A stretch of 56,043 nucleotides of DNA from Dehalococcoidia bacterium (lineage in GTDB: Bacteria; Chloroflexota; Dehalococcoidia; Dehalococcoidales; BS750m-G39), in assembly GCA_030608005.1 (NCBI GenBank), contig JAUWIX010000004.1:1-56043 (forward strand), written 5' to 3'. Every line of letters starts with the position of its first letter. Position 1 is the stretch's first letter. This document shows positions 8,666 through 18,250 of this stretch, piece after piece. A model generated the notes under the pieces. It ran no database searches, was not told the DNA's origin, and worked only from the letters and a program-made list of their open reading frames with translations. Made by a program: the position numbers and the translations under genes.

Positions 8666-9871
8666 CTATTCTATGGGGCGTTCATTAAGTGGCTTAAGGG
8701 TTATGCCTGCTTCCACACCAGGTAGAGGTGCCACTGGCTCGGTTAGCAGGAACTTTCCACTCAGTATCCATCTCTTTAGAGTATTGGCAATTTCTACCGC
8801 CCTTGGGTAGCTGGACAGGGAGGCAGTAGGCACTTCTTTACCCTGGACTGTTACCCTTCCACTTTTTAATTGAGCATAACTGACTTCACCCAAGATGTCT
8901 GGTTTCAGATTGGGATAGGCATCAGAATAATCAACAATGGCGGAAAAAATCTCGGCATCAGTTACTGTAGTGTAGCCCAGGGTTTCTTCAGAGAGTATAG
9001 GAATAGGTACGCCGATTCCTACGGTTAGGGTGCAGCCATAGCCTAGCATGCTGGTTCCCATCAGCCATCTGGGGCTCATTTGCTTTAAATCGCCGATAAC
9101 AGAAAGTGCTCCTGCTCCTCTTTTGGGCACTCCCTTTTCGGTGCGAGGCACGTTCGGATTATGCTGAGTGCCATGCCAGGCGACAAAGCCTATTCCGCCG
9201 CCTAAGAATATCTTGGTGCCTATGCCAATGGTCTTGTAATAGGGGTCATTCAACAGTGGAGAGAGCTGTCCAGCGGTAGAATAATTAATATTACCTAGGT
9301 TTGCCCGTAACACGCCCATATAGGTATAGATTGTTTTACTTGAGGTATTTGCCGCCACATCATAATTCTGGTAAGCATTCCTGATATTAAATAGCACTGC
9401 CTCGTTGAGGTCTTTTATGTTAATCCAGGTCTCAAGCCGCTTCCTTGGATAGCAATCTGTGCCATAGGCGTTTGCCACCAGTCTGATATCCTTGCCAGCG
9501 ACAAGTTCCTCAATTACATGCCCACCCCCATAATTGAATTCGCCAGGATAGACTTTGTTTCTGGGGTCATCATCAGGGAGGGCATTGGCACCGATGAATA
9601 TATCTACTGCCGCCAACCCGGTATAAGCTGGGACATCATTAAGGTAGGCTCTGCCACCACCGAGCTTGATTCTTGGCTTAGAGTGTCCAATATTAAGATA
9701 GGCACCAGATGAACACATAGGACCGAAGGTGCCGGTGGTAACTACATCCACTTCCTGGGCTGCCTGCTTAATGCCCTTCTCTTTGGCAATATCTATTATC
9801 TCCTCAGCAGTAACTACTACCGCCTTTCCCTGCTTTATCTTCTCGTTTATTTCTGCGATTGTTTTTGCCAT
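8666..9871 (-). CDS. DUF39 homocysteine biosynthesis protein (L-aspartate semialdehyde sulfurtransferase), no CBS domains
   Basis: KTIAEINEKIK.GKAVVVTAEE, VDVVTTGTFGPMCSSG, YGGGHVIEELV, GQLSPLLNDP. Confidence 0.9.
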   Translation of the reverse strand: MAKTIAEINEKIKQGKAVVVTAEEIIDIAKEKGIKQAAQEVDVVTTGTFGPMCSSGAYLNIGHSKPRIKLGGGRAYLNDVPAYTGLAAVDIFIGANALPDDDPRNKVYPGEFNYGGGHVIEELVAGKDIRLVANAYGTDCYPRKRLETWINIKDLNEAVLFNIRNAYQNYDVAANTSSKTIYTYMGVLRANLGNINYSTAGQLSPLLNDPYYKTIGIGTKIFLGGGIGFVAWHGTQHNPNVPRTEKGVPKRGAGALSVIGDLKQMSPRWLMGTSMLGYGCTLTVGIGVPIPILSEETLGYTTVTDAEIFSAIVDYSDAYPNLKPDILGEVSYAQLKSGRVTVQGKEVPTASLSSYPRAVEIANTLKRWILSGKFLLTEPVAPLPGVEAGITLKPLNERPIE

Positions 9872-9880
9872 ATCTTCAAG

Positions 9881-9909
9881 ATGATAATATTAAACCGTAG
9901 GCTTGTCAA
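9881..9909 (-). promoter_or_regulatory. Sigma70-type promoter for the DUF39 operon
   Basis: TTGACA-N17-TATCAT on minus strand, 9 nt before the ATG. Confidence 0.7.
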
Positions 9910-9920
9910 TTTACCCATAG

Positions 9921-10152
9921 AGATTGGTTTATTAACCCCATCCCCCTTTATCCCCCTCCCTTAGATAAGGGAGGGGGAAAGAGAAGAAAGAGGGGGCTTC
10001 GCTCCCTCGAAGACTCCCCAATTAGGTATTTGGAGGCTTCGCCTCTCTGTGCCTCTCTGTTCTCTGGGGTGTTTAGGAGGGGCGCTAGCCCCTCTTAACA
10101 AAATACTTCCCCCTTCCCCTCCGAGGGGAAGGGGGTCAGGGGGATGGGGTCA
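9921..10152. repeat. Modular hairpin element R3
   Basis: Left terminus AGATTGGTTTATTAACC; hairpins TCCCCCTCCCTTA/TAAGGGAGGGGGA, GCTTCGC loops, GAGGGGCGCTAGCCCCTC, CCCCCTTCCCCTC/GAGGGGAAGGGGG. Confidence 0.9.
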
Positions 10153-10226
10153 ACGCCATAGAGAAACAAAATATAATAATCGGTGTCACCAATCTATCTG
10201 AACTAGCCCATTTTTTACTCCTTATG

Positions 10227-10255
10227 TTGAAGAACACCCCCTTATGAGCTATAAT
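10227..10255 (+). promoter_or_regulatory. Sigma70-type promoter for hicB (paralogue of the aspS promoter)
   Basis: TTGAAG-N17-TATAAT. Confidence 0.7.
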
Positions 10256-10277
10256 TAGCTATAAACAGGAGGTCAAT

Positions 10278-10511
10278 ATGCGCCATTCTATCAGGGCGTT
10301 TGTGCATAAGGGTGAGAACTATTATGTTGCCGAGTGCATGGAGATAGCGGTGGTCACCCAGGGTAAAACTCTGGATGAGACCATGGCAAATCTCCAGGAA
10401 GCTATTGCTCTGCATCTTGAGGGCGAGGACCTGGTAGATTTTGACCTTGCCCCTAACCCTTCCCTCCTAGTGACTCTCGAGTTGGAGCCCACGGTCTTAT
10501 TTCTACACTGA
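10278..10511 (+). CDS. hicB: HicB-family (UPF0150) antitoxin, orphan
   Basis: YVAEC....VVTQGKTLDE...NLQEAIALHLE; AGGAGG RBS; no hicA ORF seen adjacent. Confidence 0.85.
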   Translation: MRHSIRAFVHKGENYYVAECMEIAVVTQGKTLDETMANLQEAIALHLEGEDLVDFDLAPNPSLLVTLELEPTVLFLH

Positions 10512-10532
10512 TTAGTCTGCGGTCATTTATTA

Positions 10533-10629
10533 AGGGAGTTTTAGAGGGGCGAAGCCCCTCTTTTTAATATCCTTCCCCCTCTCCTTGAAAGGAGAGGGGG
10601 ATAAAGGGGGTAAGGTTGGTAAACAATCT
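10533..10629. repeat. Modular hairpin element R4
   Basis: GAGGGGCGAAGCCCCTC, TCCCCCTCTCCTT/AAGGAGAGGGGGA, right terminus GGTTGGTAAACAATCT. Confidence 0.9.
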
Positions 10630-10645
10630 CATTAGCCCCCGCAAG

Positions 10646-10674
10646 TTGAAGAGCCCCCTGTCATAAGCTATAAT
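10646..10674 (+). promoter_or_regulatory. Sigma70-type promoter for aspS-tig
   Basis: TTGAAG-N17-TATAAT, then AGGAGG RBS and TTG start. Confidence 0.72.
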
Positions 10675-10701
10675 CAGCTATAATCTATATAGGAGGCGAT
10701 T

Positions 10702-12498
10702 TTGCTCAAAAGTCATAGCTGTGGTGAGCTAAGTAGAAAGGATGTTGGTGCCGAGGTAACCTTGGCTGGTTGGGTAGACCGCCGCCGAGACCACGGGAGA
10801 CTGATATTCATTGACCTGCGAGATAGAGAGGGCGTAGTTCAGGTGGTGTTCAATCCAGAAACATCAGCCTCTTGCCATAAAGTAGCCAGTGAGATGCGTA
10901 ATGAATATGTGGTTACGGTCAGTGGTGAGGTTGCCCTTCGCCCCCCGGGAACCGAGAACCCTAAATTGCCCACCGGTGATATTGAGGTTATTGCTCATAA
11001 TACCGTTATACTTAATCCATCAAAGACTCCTCCTTTCTATATAAATGAAGACATTGAAGTGGAAGAAAACCTGCGGCTCAAGTATCGCTACCTTGACCTG
11101 CGCCGGGCTCGGATGAAGGAGAACCTGCTCCTTCGCCACCAGGCAGTGAAGTTTATTCGCGATTTTCTGGATGCTAGGGGGTTTATTGAGGTAGAAACAC
11201 CAATCCTGATTAAGAGCACCCCTGAGGGGGCTCGTGATTACCTGGTACCCAGTCGAATTCATCCGGGAAAGTTCTATGCCCTTCCCCAGTCGCCACAGCA
11301 ACTTAAACAGCTATTGATGGTAGCCGGGGTGGAGAAGTATTTTCAAATAGCCAGATGCTTTCGTGATGAGGATACACGGGCTGACCGTCAGCCTGAGTTC
11401 ACCCAGCTTGACTTGGAGATGAGCTTTGTCGAGGAGGAGGATATTTTGAACCTGATGGAGGAATTATTCACCTCTATGGTGGAGACGATTAAACCTGAAA
11501 TGCGGGTGCTCAAGCCTTTCCCTCGCCTTACCTATGCTGAGGCAATGGAGCGCTACGGTACGGATAAGCCTGACTTGAGATTTGGTCTGGAGATAGGAGA
11601 TTTAACAGACATTGCTGCTCAATCTGACTTCTCTATCTTTCGTTCTGCCATCGCTGATGGGGGTAAGGTGAAGGGCATATGCGCCCCTGGCTGTGGCAAT
11701 TATACCCGAAGCCAGCTTGAGGAACTAAATAGGCTGGCGCAGAGCCTGGGAGCTGGGGGCTTGGTCACTATGTCACTGGGCGCCGCTGGCGGCGGTTTGA
11801 ATGATTTAACCATTGAAATGGTAAAGTCTGTTGCTGCTAGATTTCTAACCCTAGACCAAATAAAGCAGATGGCACATCGTTTAGGAGCAGATATGGGAGA
11901 CCTTCTGCTTATTATTGCCGGCAAACCTGGGCTAGTTGATATGACATTAAGCGGACTGCGTCAGGAGGTGGGACAGCGGCTTAAGCTGGCTGCCCCTAAT
12001 CTATTCGCCTTCGCTTTTATTCAGAATTTTCCGTTACTGAGATGGGATGAAGAGGCAGGACGATGGGATTCAGAGCATCATCCCTTTACTGCACCTAGGG
12101 ATGAGGATGTGCCCTTGCTGGACAGCGCCCCGGGAAAGGTACGCGGCAAGCATTATGACCTAGTATGCAATGGGTATGAAATAGGTGGTGGTAGCCTTAG
12201 GATTTACACCAGTGAGCTTCAGAAGAAGCTCTTTAAGTTGCTGGGCTATAGTGATGAGGAGGTTGAGGAGCGCTTCGGGCACATGCTTGAGGCTTTTCAG
12301 TATGGGGCTCCACCTCATGGTGGCATAGCCCTGGGTATCGACCGCATTGTGATGCTACTGGCGGGGGAAGAAACCATCAGGGAAGTTATTGCCTTTCCCA
12401 AGAACCAGAGTGCTGCCGATTTAACCTTTAATGCCCCTTCACCGGTTAGCGAACAGCAGCTAGCTGAATTACATCTGCGTCTGCGGGAGGAAAGGTGA
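10702..12498 (+). CDS. aspS: Aspartate--tRNA ligase (likely non-discriminating Asp/Asn type)
   Basis: [42 protein letters not shown]; the DH and PG signatures are typical of ND-AspRS. Confidence 0.97.
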   Translation: MLKSHSCGELSRKDVGAEVTLAGWVDRRRDHGRLIFIDLRDREGVVQVVFNPETSASCHKVASEMRNEYVVTVSGEVALRPPGTENPKLPTGDIEVIAHNTVILNPSKTPPFYINEDIEVEENLRLKYRYLDLRRARMKENLLLRHQAVKFIRDFLDARGFIEVETPILIKSTPEGARDYLVPSRIHPGKFYALPQSPQQLKQLLMVAGVEKYFQIARCFRDEDTRADRQPEFTQLDLEMSFVEEEDILNLMEELFTSMVETIKPEMRVLKPFPRLTYAEAMERYGTDKPDLRFGLEIGDLTDIAAQSDFSIFRSAIADGGKVKGICAPGCGNYTRSQLEELNRLAQSLGAGGLVTMSLGAAGGGLNDLTIEMVKSVAARFLTLDQIKQMAHRLGADMGDLLLIIAGKPGLVDMTLSGLRQEVGQRLKLAAPNLFAFAFIQNFPLLRWDEEAGRWDSEHHPFTAPRDEDVPLLDSAPGKVRGKHYDLVCNGYEIGGGSLRIYTSELQKKLFKLLGYSDEEVEERFGHMLEAFQYGAPPHGGIALGIDRIVMLLAGEETIREVIAFPKNQSAADLTFNAPSPVSEQQLAELHLRLREER

Positions 12499-13793
12499 AA
12501 GTAACCAGAGAGAAAATAGAAAATAGCCAGGCATTTCTTAGAATTGAGATGGAGCCTGCTGAGGTAGAGGAATCCTTGGAGGATTCTTATCGCCGCCTGG
12601 CTAGGAAAACGAATATCCCCGGCTTTCGTAAAGGAAAGGTGCCACGAGCTGTGCTAGAACGCTATATAGGTAGAGATAGCCTCCTTGAGGATGCCCTAAA
12701 TAATCTGCTTCCTCAAGCTTATGAGAAGGCTATCAAGGAGCAAGAGATTGAAGCTATTGCCAGCCCATCTATTGAAATAGCTCAAACTGACCCTGTGGTA
12801 TTTAAGGCGACAGTGCCGCTAAAGCCTACAATTGAGCTTGGCGACTACCATAACATTCAACTTACCCCAGAACCTGTAGAACTAACCGAGAATGATGTCA
12901 ACACCGTAGTAGAGCAGCTACGCCGCCAGCATGCCACTTGGGAGTCTGTAGAACGCCCAGCAAACTTTGATGATTTGGTGGTGTTAGATATTGAAAGCCA
13001 TATTGAGGAAAAGCCGTTCATCAATCAACAGGGAGTTCAATATCAAATCCTCCATGACCACCCCTTCCCTGTGCCGGGGTTTGCCGAGCAGTTGCCTGGG
13101 ATGAAAGGCGGTGAGGAGAAAGAGTTCAAACTCCAACTCCCCAAAGATTATCCTAGAGGTGAGCTGGCAGAGAAGGAGGCTTGGTTTAAGGTAAGGGTTA
13201 CTGAAATAAAGCAGCAGCGGCTTCCCAAGCTAAACAAGGAATTTGCCCATCTGGTTAACCCCGAGTTCAAGACCCTGGCTTCACTGCGGAAACAAGTCTC
13301 TACTAACTTACGACTCATGGCTGAGGAGAGAGCCAGGAGAGAATTTGAGGAGCAGATAATTGACGCAGTGGTTGATATCAGCCAAGTAGAATTCCCGCCA
13401 GTTTTGGCTGAGATGGAAGTTGACCGACTCCTTGACCAACAGGCGAGGCAATTGCAGATGACTGGTAGAGGGCTGGAAGAATATCTTAGCAGGGTTAATA
13501 AAACAGAGGAGGAACTACGGGAAGAGCTGCGTCCATTAGCCACCAAGAGGGTTACCCGCTCCCTTGTGTTAGGCAGAATTGCCGAACAGGAAAAGATTGA
13601 GGTCGGTGATTCTGAGATAAGTGCTGAGCTGGAAAATATGGCGCAAACTGCCACCAAGAATAAGGATGAGGTGCAGAAACTTCTAAACTCTCCTCAAGCT
13701 CGTAGCTCAATTGAGCAATTGTTAACTACACGAAAAACTATACAGCGACTGGTAGAAATAGCTAGAGGTTCAACAGATGACCAGGAGAAATAA
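12495..13793 (+). CDS. tig: Trigger factor
   Basis: [10 protein letters not shown] ribosome-binding motif; FKBP-like PGFAEQL.GMK.GEEK. Confidence 0.96.
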   Translation: MKVTREKIENSQAFLRIEMEPAEVEESLEDSYRRLARKTNIPGFRKGKVPRAVLERYIGRDSLLEDALNNLLPQAYEKAIKEQEIEAIASPSIEIAQTDPVVFKATVPLKPTIELGDYHNIQLTPEPVELTENDVNTVVEQLRRQHATWESVERPANFDDLVVLDIESHIEEKPFINQQGVQYQILHDHPFPVPGFAEQLPGMKGGEEKEFKLQLPKDYPRGELAEKEAWFKVRVTEIKQQRLPKLNKEFAHLVNPEFKTLASLRKQVSTNLRLMAEERARREFEEQIIDAVVDISQVEFPPVLAEMEVDRLLDQQARQLQMTGRGLEEYLSRVNKTEEELREELRPLATKRVTRSLVLGRIAEQEKIEVGDSEISAELENMAQTATKNKDEVQKLLNSPQARSSIEQLLTTRKTIQRLVEIARGSTDDQEK

Positions 13794-15837
13794 TACCAAG
13801 ATTGTAAAGAGCCTTTGCCATATGTGTCTGAGCTGCTGTGGAATAGATGCCTATGTAGAAAAGGGCAGGCTAGTAAAGGTTACCCCTATGAAGGAGCACC
13901 CGGTCAATAGGTTATGTGTCAAGGCGCAGGCGATACCCGATTTGTTATATTCGCCAGAGCGGATTACTCATCCGATGAAAAAAGTGAATGGGACATGGCA
14001 CGAAATCTCTTGGGATGAAGCCTTTGATATTATCGGAGACAAGCTGGCTGGTATAAAGGGCAATTATGGAGCTAAGGCACTGGCGGTGCATTTGGGCGAG
14101 CCCCTGATAAGCACAGAGGTACCAAGGGTAGCCGCCAGATTCTGTAGCTTATATGGAACACCTAATTATACCTCAGGGGCTTCCCTTTGTTTTGCCGCCC
14201 GGGGGATAGGGCATGGTTTAACTCTGGGTAAACGAATGTTACCCTTGTTTCCAAGCTATGAAAATACCCGCTGTATAGTAGTCTGGGGGCATAACCCCCA
14301 CCAATCCAATGTAGGGGAGGAGACAAACATCCTTGCTGCTCAAAAGCGAGGAGCAAAGTTAATAGTGATTGACCCTAGGGTGACCCCTCTGGCTAAAAGG
14401 GCAGCTCTTCATATCCAAATTAGACCCGGAACTGATTGTGCCCTGGCACTGGGTTTAATACATGCAATCATAGCTGAGAAATTATATGATGCGAATTTTG
14501 TGAACAACTGGACCTTTGGTTTTGATAAGTTAAGGGAACAGGTCAAAAAATATAGCCCTGAAGTAGTGGAAAAGATTACCTGGGTTCCAGCCAAGGCAAT
14601 CAGGCAATTTGCCAGAATATATGCCACCAGTAAACCGGCAACTATCAGCCAAGGTGTCTCATTAGACCACTGCACTAATGGCGTGCAGAATAGCCGAGCT
14701 ATTTCAATCCTGATAGCCATCACTGGCAACCTTGATATACTTGGGGGGAATATCTATAACTTCCCATTGAGGCAGGCTAGTGTCAGGATAAAGGGGAGGG
14801 TTTCGGTTGAGGAGGCTATTGGAGCACACTACCCAATATTTGGCAAGTTTACCAGTGAGACAACATCCCTGCCAATAGCCAATGCTGTAATTACCGGAAA
14901 ACCATATCCGGTTAAAGCCCTCATAGTTCAAGGTTGTAATCCTGCCTTGACCTGGCCCAATAGCAGTAAGGTCAGGGAGGCGCTTGAGAGATTGGATTTG
15001 TTGGTGGTATCTGACCTGTTCATGACTGAAACAGCCAGGCTGGCTGACATTTTCCTTCCTGCTGTCGCCTTCCCGGAGAGAAAAATTATTAAGGATTATG
15101 TCTTTGGAGGACTGCCGTTAATTGCGATGGGCGGCAAGGTAATTGAGCCTCCGGCTGATTGCTTGGAGGATTGGCAAATATGGTCTGAGCTGGGCAGAAA
15201 AATGGGCTACGCTGACTATTTCCCCTGGCAGAGCGCCGGTGAGCTTTTTGCTTATCTGCTTGAGCCATCGGGTATTACCCCCGAACAGCTTGAGCAAAAT
15301 CCAGGTGGCATACTATATCACCAGCTTGACCGCCAGCGAAAATATGAGCAGGAAGGATTGGATACCCCATCGGGGAAGGTGGAGCTCTTCTCCCAGACAA
15401 TGGCAGACTATGGATATGACCCCTTGCCAACATTTACTGAGCCACAACAGAACCCGGTTGATAACCCCGGGCTTGCAGAGAGCTATCCCTTCACTCTGAT
15501 TACAGGCACTAGGGTAAATGCCTTCACCCACTCCCAACATCGCAATATTGCCCGACTTAGGAAGCTGGTTCCCCAACCTTTGGTTGAGCTCAATCCTGAT
15601 TCAGCAAAGAACCTGGGTATTACTGATGGAGACCAGGTAGTTGTTGAATCTCCAAAGGGGAGCATCAAGCTGCAAGCCAAAATTACTGCTGATATTCATC
15701 CCAAAGTGCTTAGCCTGCAGCATGGATGGAGTGAGGCTAATGCCAATATCCTGACTGATGATGAACAACTTGACCCCATTTCAGGCTATCCCGGGTTTAA
15801 AACTACTCCATGCCGGGTGAGAAAAGCTGGGGAGTGA
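13777..15837 (+). CDS. Molybdopterin (bis-MGD) oxidoreductase catalytic subunit, cytoplasmic
   Basis: CHMCLSCC...C [4Fe-4S], ISWDEA, GASLC (probable Cys ligand), IRPGTD, DLFMTETARLAD, C-terminal dinucleotide-binding domain; no Tat signal. Confidence 0.92.
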   Translation: MTRRNNTKIVKSLCHMCLSCCGIDAYVEKGRLVKVTPMKEHPVNRLCVKAQAIPDLLYSPERITHPMKKVNGTWHEISWDEAFDIIGDKLAGIKGNYGAKALAVHLGEPLISTEVPRVAARFCSLYGTPNYTSGASLCFAARGIGHGLTLGKRMLPLFPSYENTRCIVVWGHNPHQSNVGEETNILAAQKRGAKLIVIDPRVTPLAKRAALHIQIRPGTDCALALGLIHAIIAEKLYDANFVNNWTFGFDKLREQVKKYSPEVVEKITWVPAKAIRQFARIYATSKPATISQGVSLDHCTNGVQNSRAISILIAITGNLDILGGNIYNFPLRQASVRIKGRVSVEEAIGAHYPIFGKFTSETTSLPIANAVITGKPYPVKALIVQGCNPALTWPNSSKVREALERLDLLVVSDLFMTETARLADIFLPAVAFPERKIIKDYVFGGLPLIAMGGKVIEPPADCLEDWQIWSELGRKMGYADYFPWQSAGELFAYLLEPSGITPEQLEQNPGGILYHQLDRQRKYEQEGLDTPSGKVELFSQTMADYGYDPLPTFTEPQQNPVDNPGLAESYPFTLITGTRVNAFTHSQHRNIARLRKLVPQPLVELNPDSAKNLGITDGDQVVVESPKGSIKLQAKITADIHPKVLSLQHGWSEANANILTDDEQLDPISGYPGFKTTPCRVRKAGE

Positions 15838-15901
15838 GTTATAATTGTGTAATAGTGAGCACTTGCCTTGAACTATATAAAAGCTGGTGGGAGGACAAAA
15901 A

Positions 15902-16504
15902 ATGAATATCCAACCGATGAATGTAATACCTATGGTAATTGAGAGTGGTGCCAGAGGGGAGCGAGCCTTCGATATATACTCGCTCCTGCTGAGAGAGCGC
16001 ATTGTCATGTTGGGCATGCCGATTAATGACCAGGTGGCTAATGTTATTATTGCCCAGCTTCTCTACCTTGAGCGAGAGGACCCGGACAAAGACATAAGCC
16101 TTTACATTCACTGCCCTGGTGGCATCATTTCCAGTGGTCTCGCTATTTATGACACCATGCAGCTCATACGCCCTGATGTTTCCACCATTTGTGTTGGGCT
16201 GGCGGCTAGCATGGGGACTTTGCTTCTTTGTGCTGGGGCTAAAGGCAAACGCTATGCCCTACCTAACTCCACTATACACCTGCATCAGGCGTTTGGTGGT
16301 GCTCAGGGACAGGCAGCCGATGTAGAAATTGCTGCCCGAGAGATTATGCGTATGCAAGAGCTAATCCGGGGCATTTTATCTAAGCACACCGGTCAACCAC
16401 TGGAGAAAATAGTCCATGATACTGACCGGGATTTCTACCTTAACCCTGAGCAAGCGGTGGAGTATGGGATTGTGGATGAAATCCTCAGCAAGCCACAAAA
16501 ATAG
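15902..16504 (+). CDS. clpP: ATP-dependent Clp protease proteolytic subunit
   Basis: [22 protein letters not shown] (Ser), HLHQ (His), DTDRD (Asp). Confidence 0.97.
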   Translation: MNIQPMNVIPMVIESGARGERAFDIYSLLLRERIVMLGMPINDQVANVIIAQLLYLEREDPDKDISLYIHCPGGIISSGLAIYDTMQLIRPDVSTICVGLAASMGTLLLCAGAKGKRYALPNSTIHLHQAFGGAQGQAADVEIAAREIMRMQELIRGILSKHTGQPLEKIVHDTDRDFYLNPEQAVEYGIVDEILSKPQK

Positions 16505-16513
16505 CTATAGCTG

Positions 16514-17467
16514 CTAGTTATAAAGCTCTCGGTAGTGCTGAGCCAGTTCACCCAAGGTGGGGAAGCCCTGCCTTGTGCCCAGCTCGGCGATAGAGAGACG
16601 AGCTGCAATGTCACCTAGAAGTCCACATTCCCTCAGCCCCTTATCTTTAAGTAGCCCGTAGAGGAATCCGGCAGCAAAAGCATCTCCGGCGCCAGTAGTA
16701 TCCACTTCAGCCCCTATATCTCGGCTAGGGGGAATTACATATTCATTCTCGGCATCTCTGATATAGCCGACGGCGGTGGTTTTTCTAAGCCTGCTCCCTT
16801 TGCCCAGGGTAACCACAACATTCTGGCAGCCCTGCCTGAGACAGCTTTCTGCCCCGACGATAACATCCTCCCCGGTCAATTGCCGTATCTCATTCTGGTT
16901 AATGAACAGGATGTAGGTTCTGCCTAAGAGCGGGGCGAGAGTCTTGAGCCCCTTAATGGCATATAGTGCGCCCGGGGCAAAACTGAGCTTGACTGATAAA
17001 TCTAGCCTGTCTATCAATTCCAGCAATACCTTGAACTGCCTATCATCAGCAAAGGAAGAGAGATGAAGTATCCTTGCCTGATTTATATAGCTCAAGTCCA
17101 GGTCATCTATGGTGAGTAAATTATTGGCACCGGGTAGGACATAGAGGGAGCGCCTACCCAGCCTATCACTAAGGCATAATACCGAGCCAGTTTTTGCCCC
17201 GTGTTTAACCCTGATTTGACCGCTCTCCACCCCTACCGCTTGAAAATCCTGGAGCAATATTTTGCCTTCAGCGTCATCGCCAATAACGCCGCAAAAGCCG
17301 GCGCTTATCCCAAGTTTCGCCAAACCGTAGATGGTATTGGCGGCTGAGCCACCGGGAGACGATTCGGCCTCGTTTACCACCGCCTCCCCATCATCAAGGA
17401 TGCGCTCTACCTTATATATATGGTCTATATTCAGTGCCCCCAGCCCAACTACTTCAATATTAGACAT
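16514..17467 (-). CDS. PfkB family carbohydrate/nucleoside kinase
   Basis: PGGSAANT, VDTTGAGDAFAAGFL; ATG at 17467 (the upstream ORF extension is repeat-derived). Confidence 0.93.
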   Translation of the reverse strand: MSNIEVVGLGALNIDHIYKVERILDDGEAVVNEAESSPGGSAANTIYGLAKLGISAGFCGVIGDDAEGKILLQDFQAVGVESGQIRVKHGAKTGSVLCLSDRLGRRSLYVLPGANNLLTIDDLDLSYINQARILHLSSFADDRQFKVLLELIDRLDLSVKLSFAPGALYAIKGLKTLAPLLGRTYILFINQNEIRQLTGEDVIVGAESCLRQGCQNVVVTLGKGSRLRKTTAVGYIRDAENEYVIPPSRDIGAEVDTTGAGDAFAAGFLYGLLKDKGLRECGLLGDIAARLSIAELGTRQGFPTLGELAQHYRELYN

Positions 17468-17470
17468 ATG

Positions 17471-17560
17471 AACCCTATCCCCCTTAATCCCCCTTCCCCT
17501 TACCAAGGGGAAGGGGAAGGATAGTTTCTTTAGAGGGGCTTCGCCCCTCTAAAACTCCCA
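17471..17560. repeat. Modular hairpin element R5
   Basis: AACCCTATCCCCCTTAATCCCCCTTCCCCTT-acc-AAGGGGAAGGGG and AGAGGGGCTTCGCCCCTCT. Confidence 0.9.
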
Positions 17561-17707
17561 ATCTTGTTGTTATGCTTTTTATGCAGAGTGTCGTTTGAAG
17601 CGATTAGAGTGTGGCACTACCTACCGTGTGAAGCTAGTCTCTTACGCTGATAGGTGCTTTGTCTAGCAGAGGGTAGCCAAAGCAAATAAAATTTTGATCA
17701 TTGGGCA

Positions 17708-18250
17708 CTATCGTGTTCTTCCTTTCTCGCCCAATATGATATTAGTCCACCCCTCTAAGCTACGGTCTCCCTTTTGGTTCCATTGGGGTATCTTCAATTT
17801 CTTGGATAGTTCTTCTGTAGGCAACAGAATCAAACGTTGCATAAGAGGAGCAATAGATTTCTGTCTGGAGGTTTCTCTAATTTGAGGAAGACCGCAATCC
17901 GATGCAAAAGCCTTGACATCACGTATGGTGGGCAAAACGCTCTTCGTCTGTAGAGCATCGTAGAAAGCTGAGATAAGTTCATACTTCTGTGGTTCGGTCT
18001 CTTGGAGAAGCGCTAAGGTTTTCTCTATCAATGTTACAGTTTTTTTCTTAGTGGCTTTTCCCGTAATTGGGGTCTCTCTGGCTATCCTCGCACCAGTTGA
18101 TAACAGATGAGTTAGTTTTTTCATAAGGTCAGTTGATCGACTGGAATTTGCCAGAATTTCAAAAGGTTCTGGCCCGTACTTCCTTATGAGCCTTGCCAAA
18201 TCTACCAATAAATCTAACTCAGGGCGGTCTTTTTCAAGGGGGGTTTTCAT
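17708..18250 (-). CDS. Hypothetical protein, partner of ParA-like ATPase
   Basis: 180-aa ORF, start overlaps the ParA stop (ATGA); no recognised motif. Confidence 0.7.
   Translation of the reverse strand: MKTPLEKDRPELDLLVDLARLIRKYGPEPFEILANSSRSTDLMKKLTHLLSTGARIARETPITGKATKKKTVTLIEKTLALLQETEPQKYELISAFYDALQTKSVLPTIRDVKAFASDCGLPQIRETSRQKSIAPLMQRLILLPTEELSKKLKIPQWNQKGDRSLEGWTNIILGEKGRTR

Noticed and set aside
10203-10223. Minus-strand AAGGAG-N6-ATG GGC TAG mini-ORF
   Set aside because: It has only two codons. It may be a gene remnant, but nothing supports function.
17561-17707. Possible integron attC site downstream of the ParA cassette (GCCCAAT / GCATAAC on minus strand)
   Set aside because: No matching GTTRRRY end or convincing L-box stem was found, and there is no integron integrase. 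The tyrosine recombinase present is a standard XerC type.
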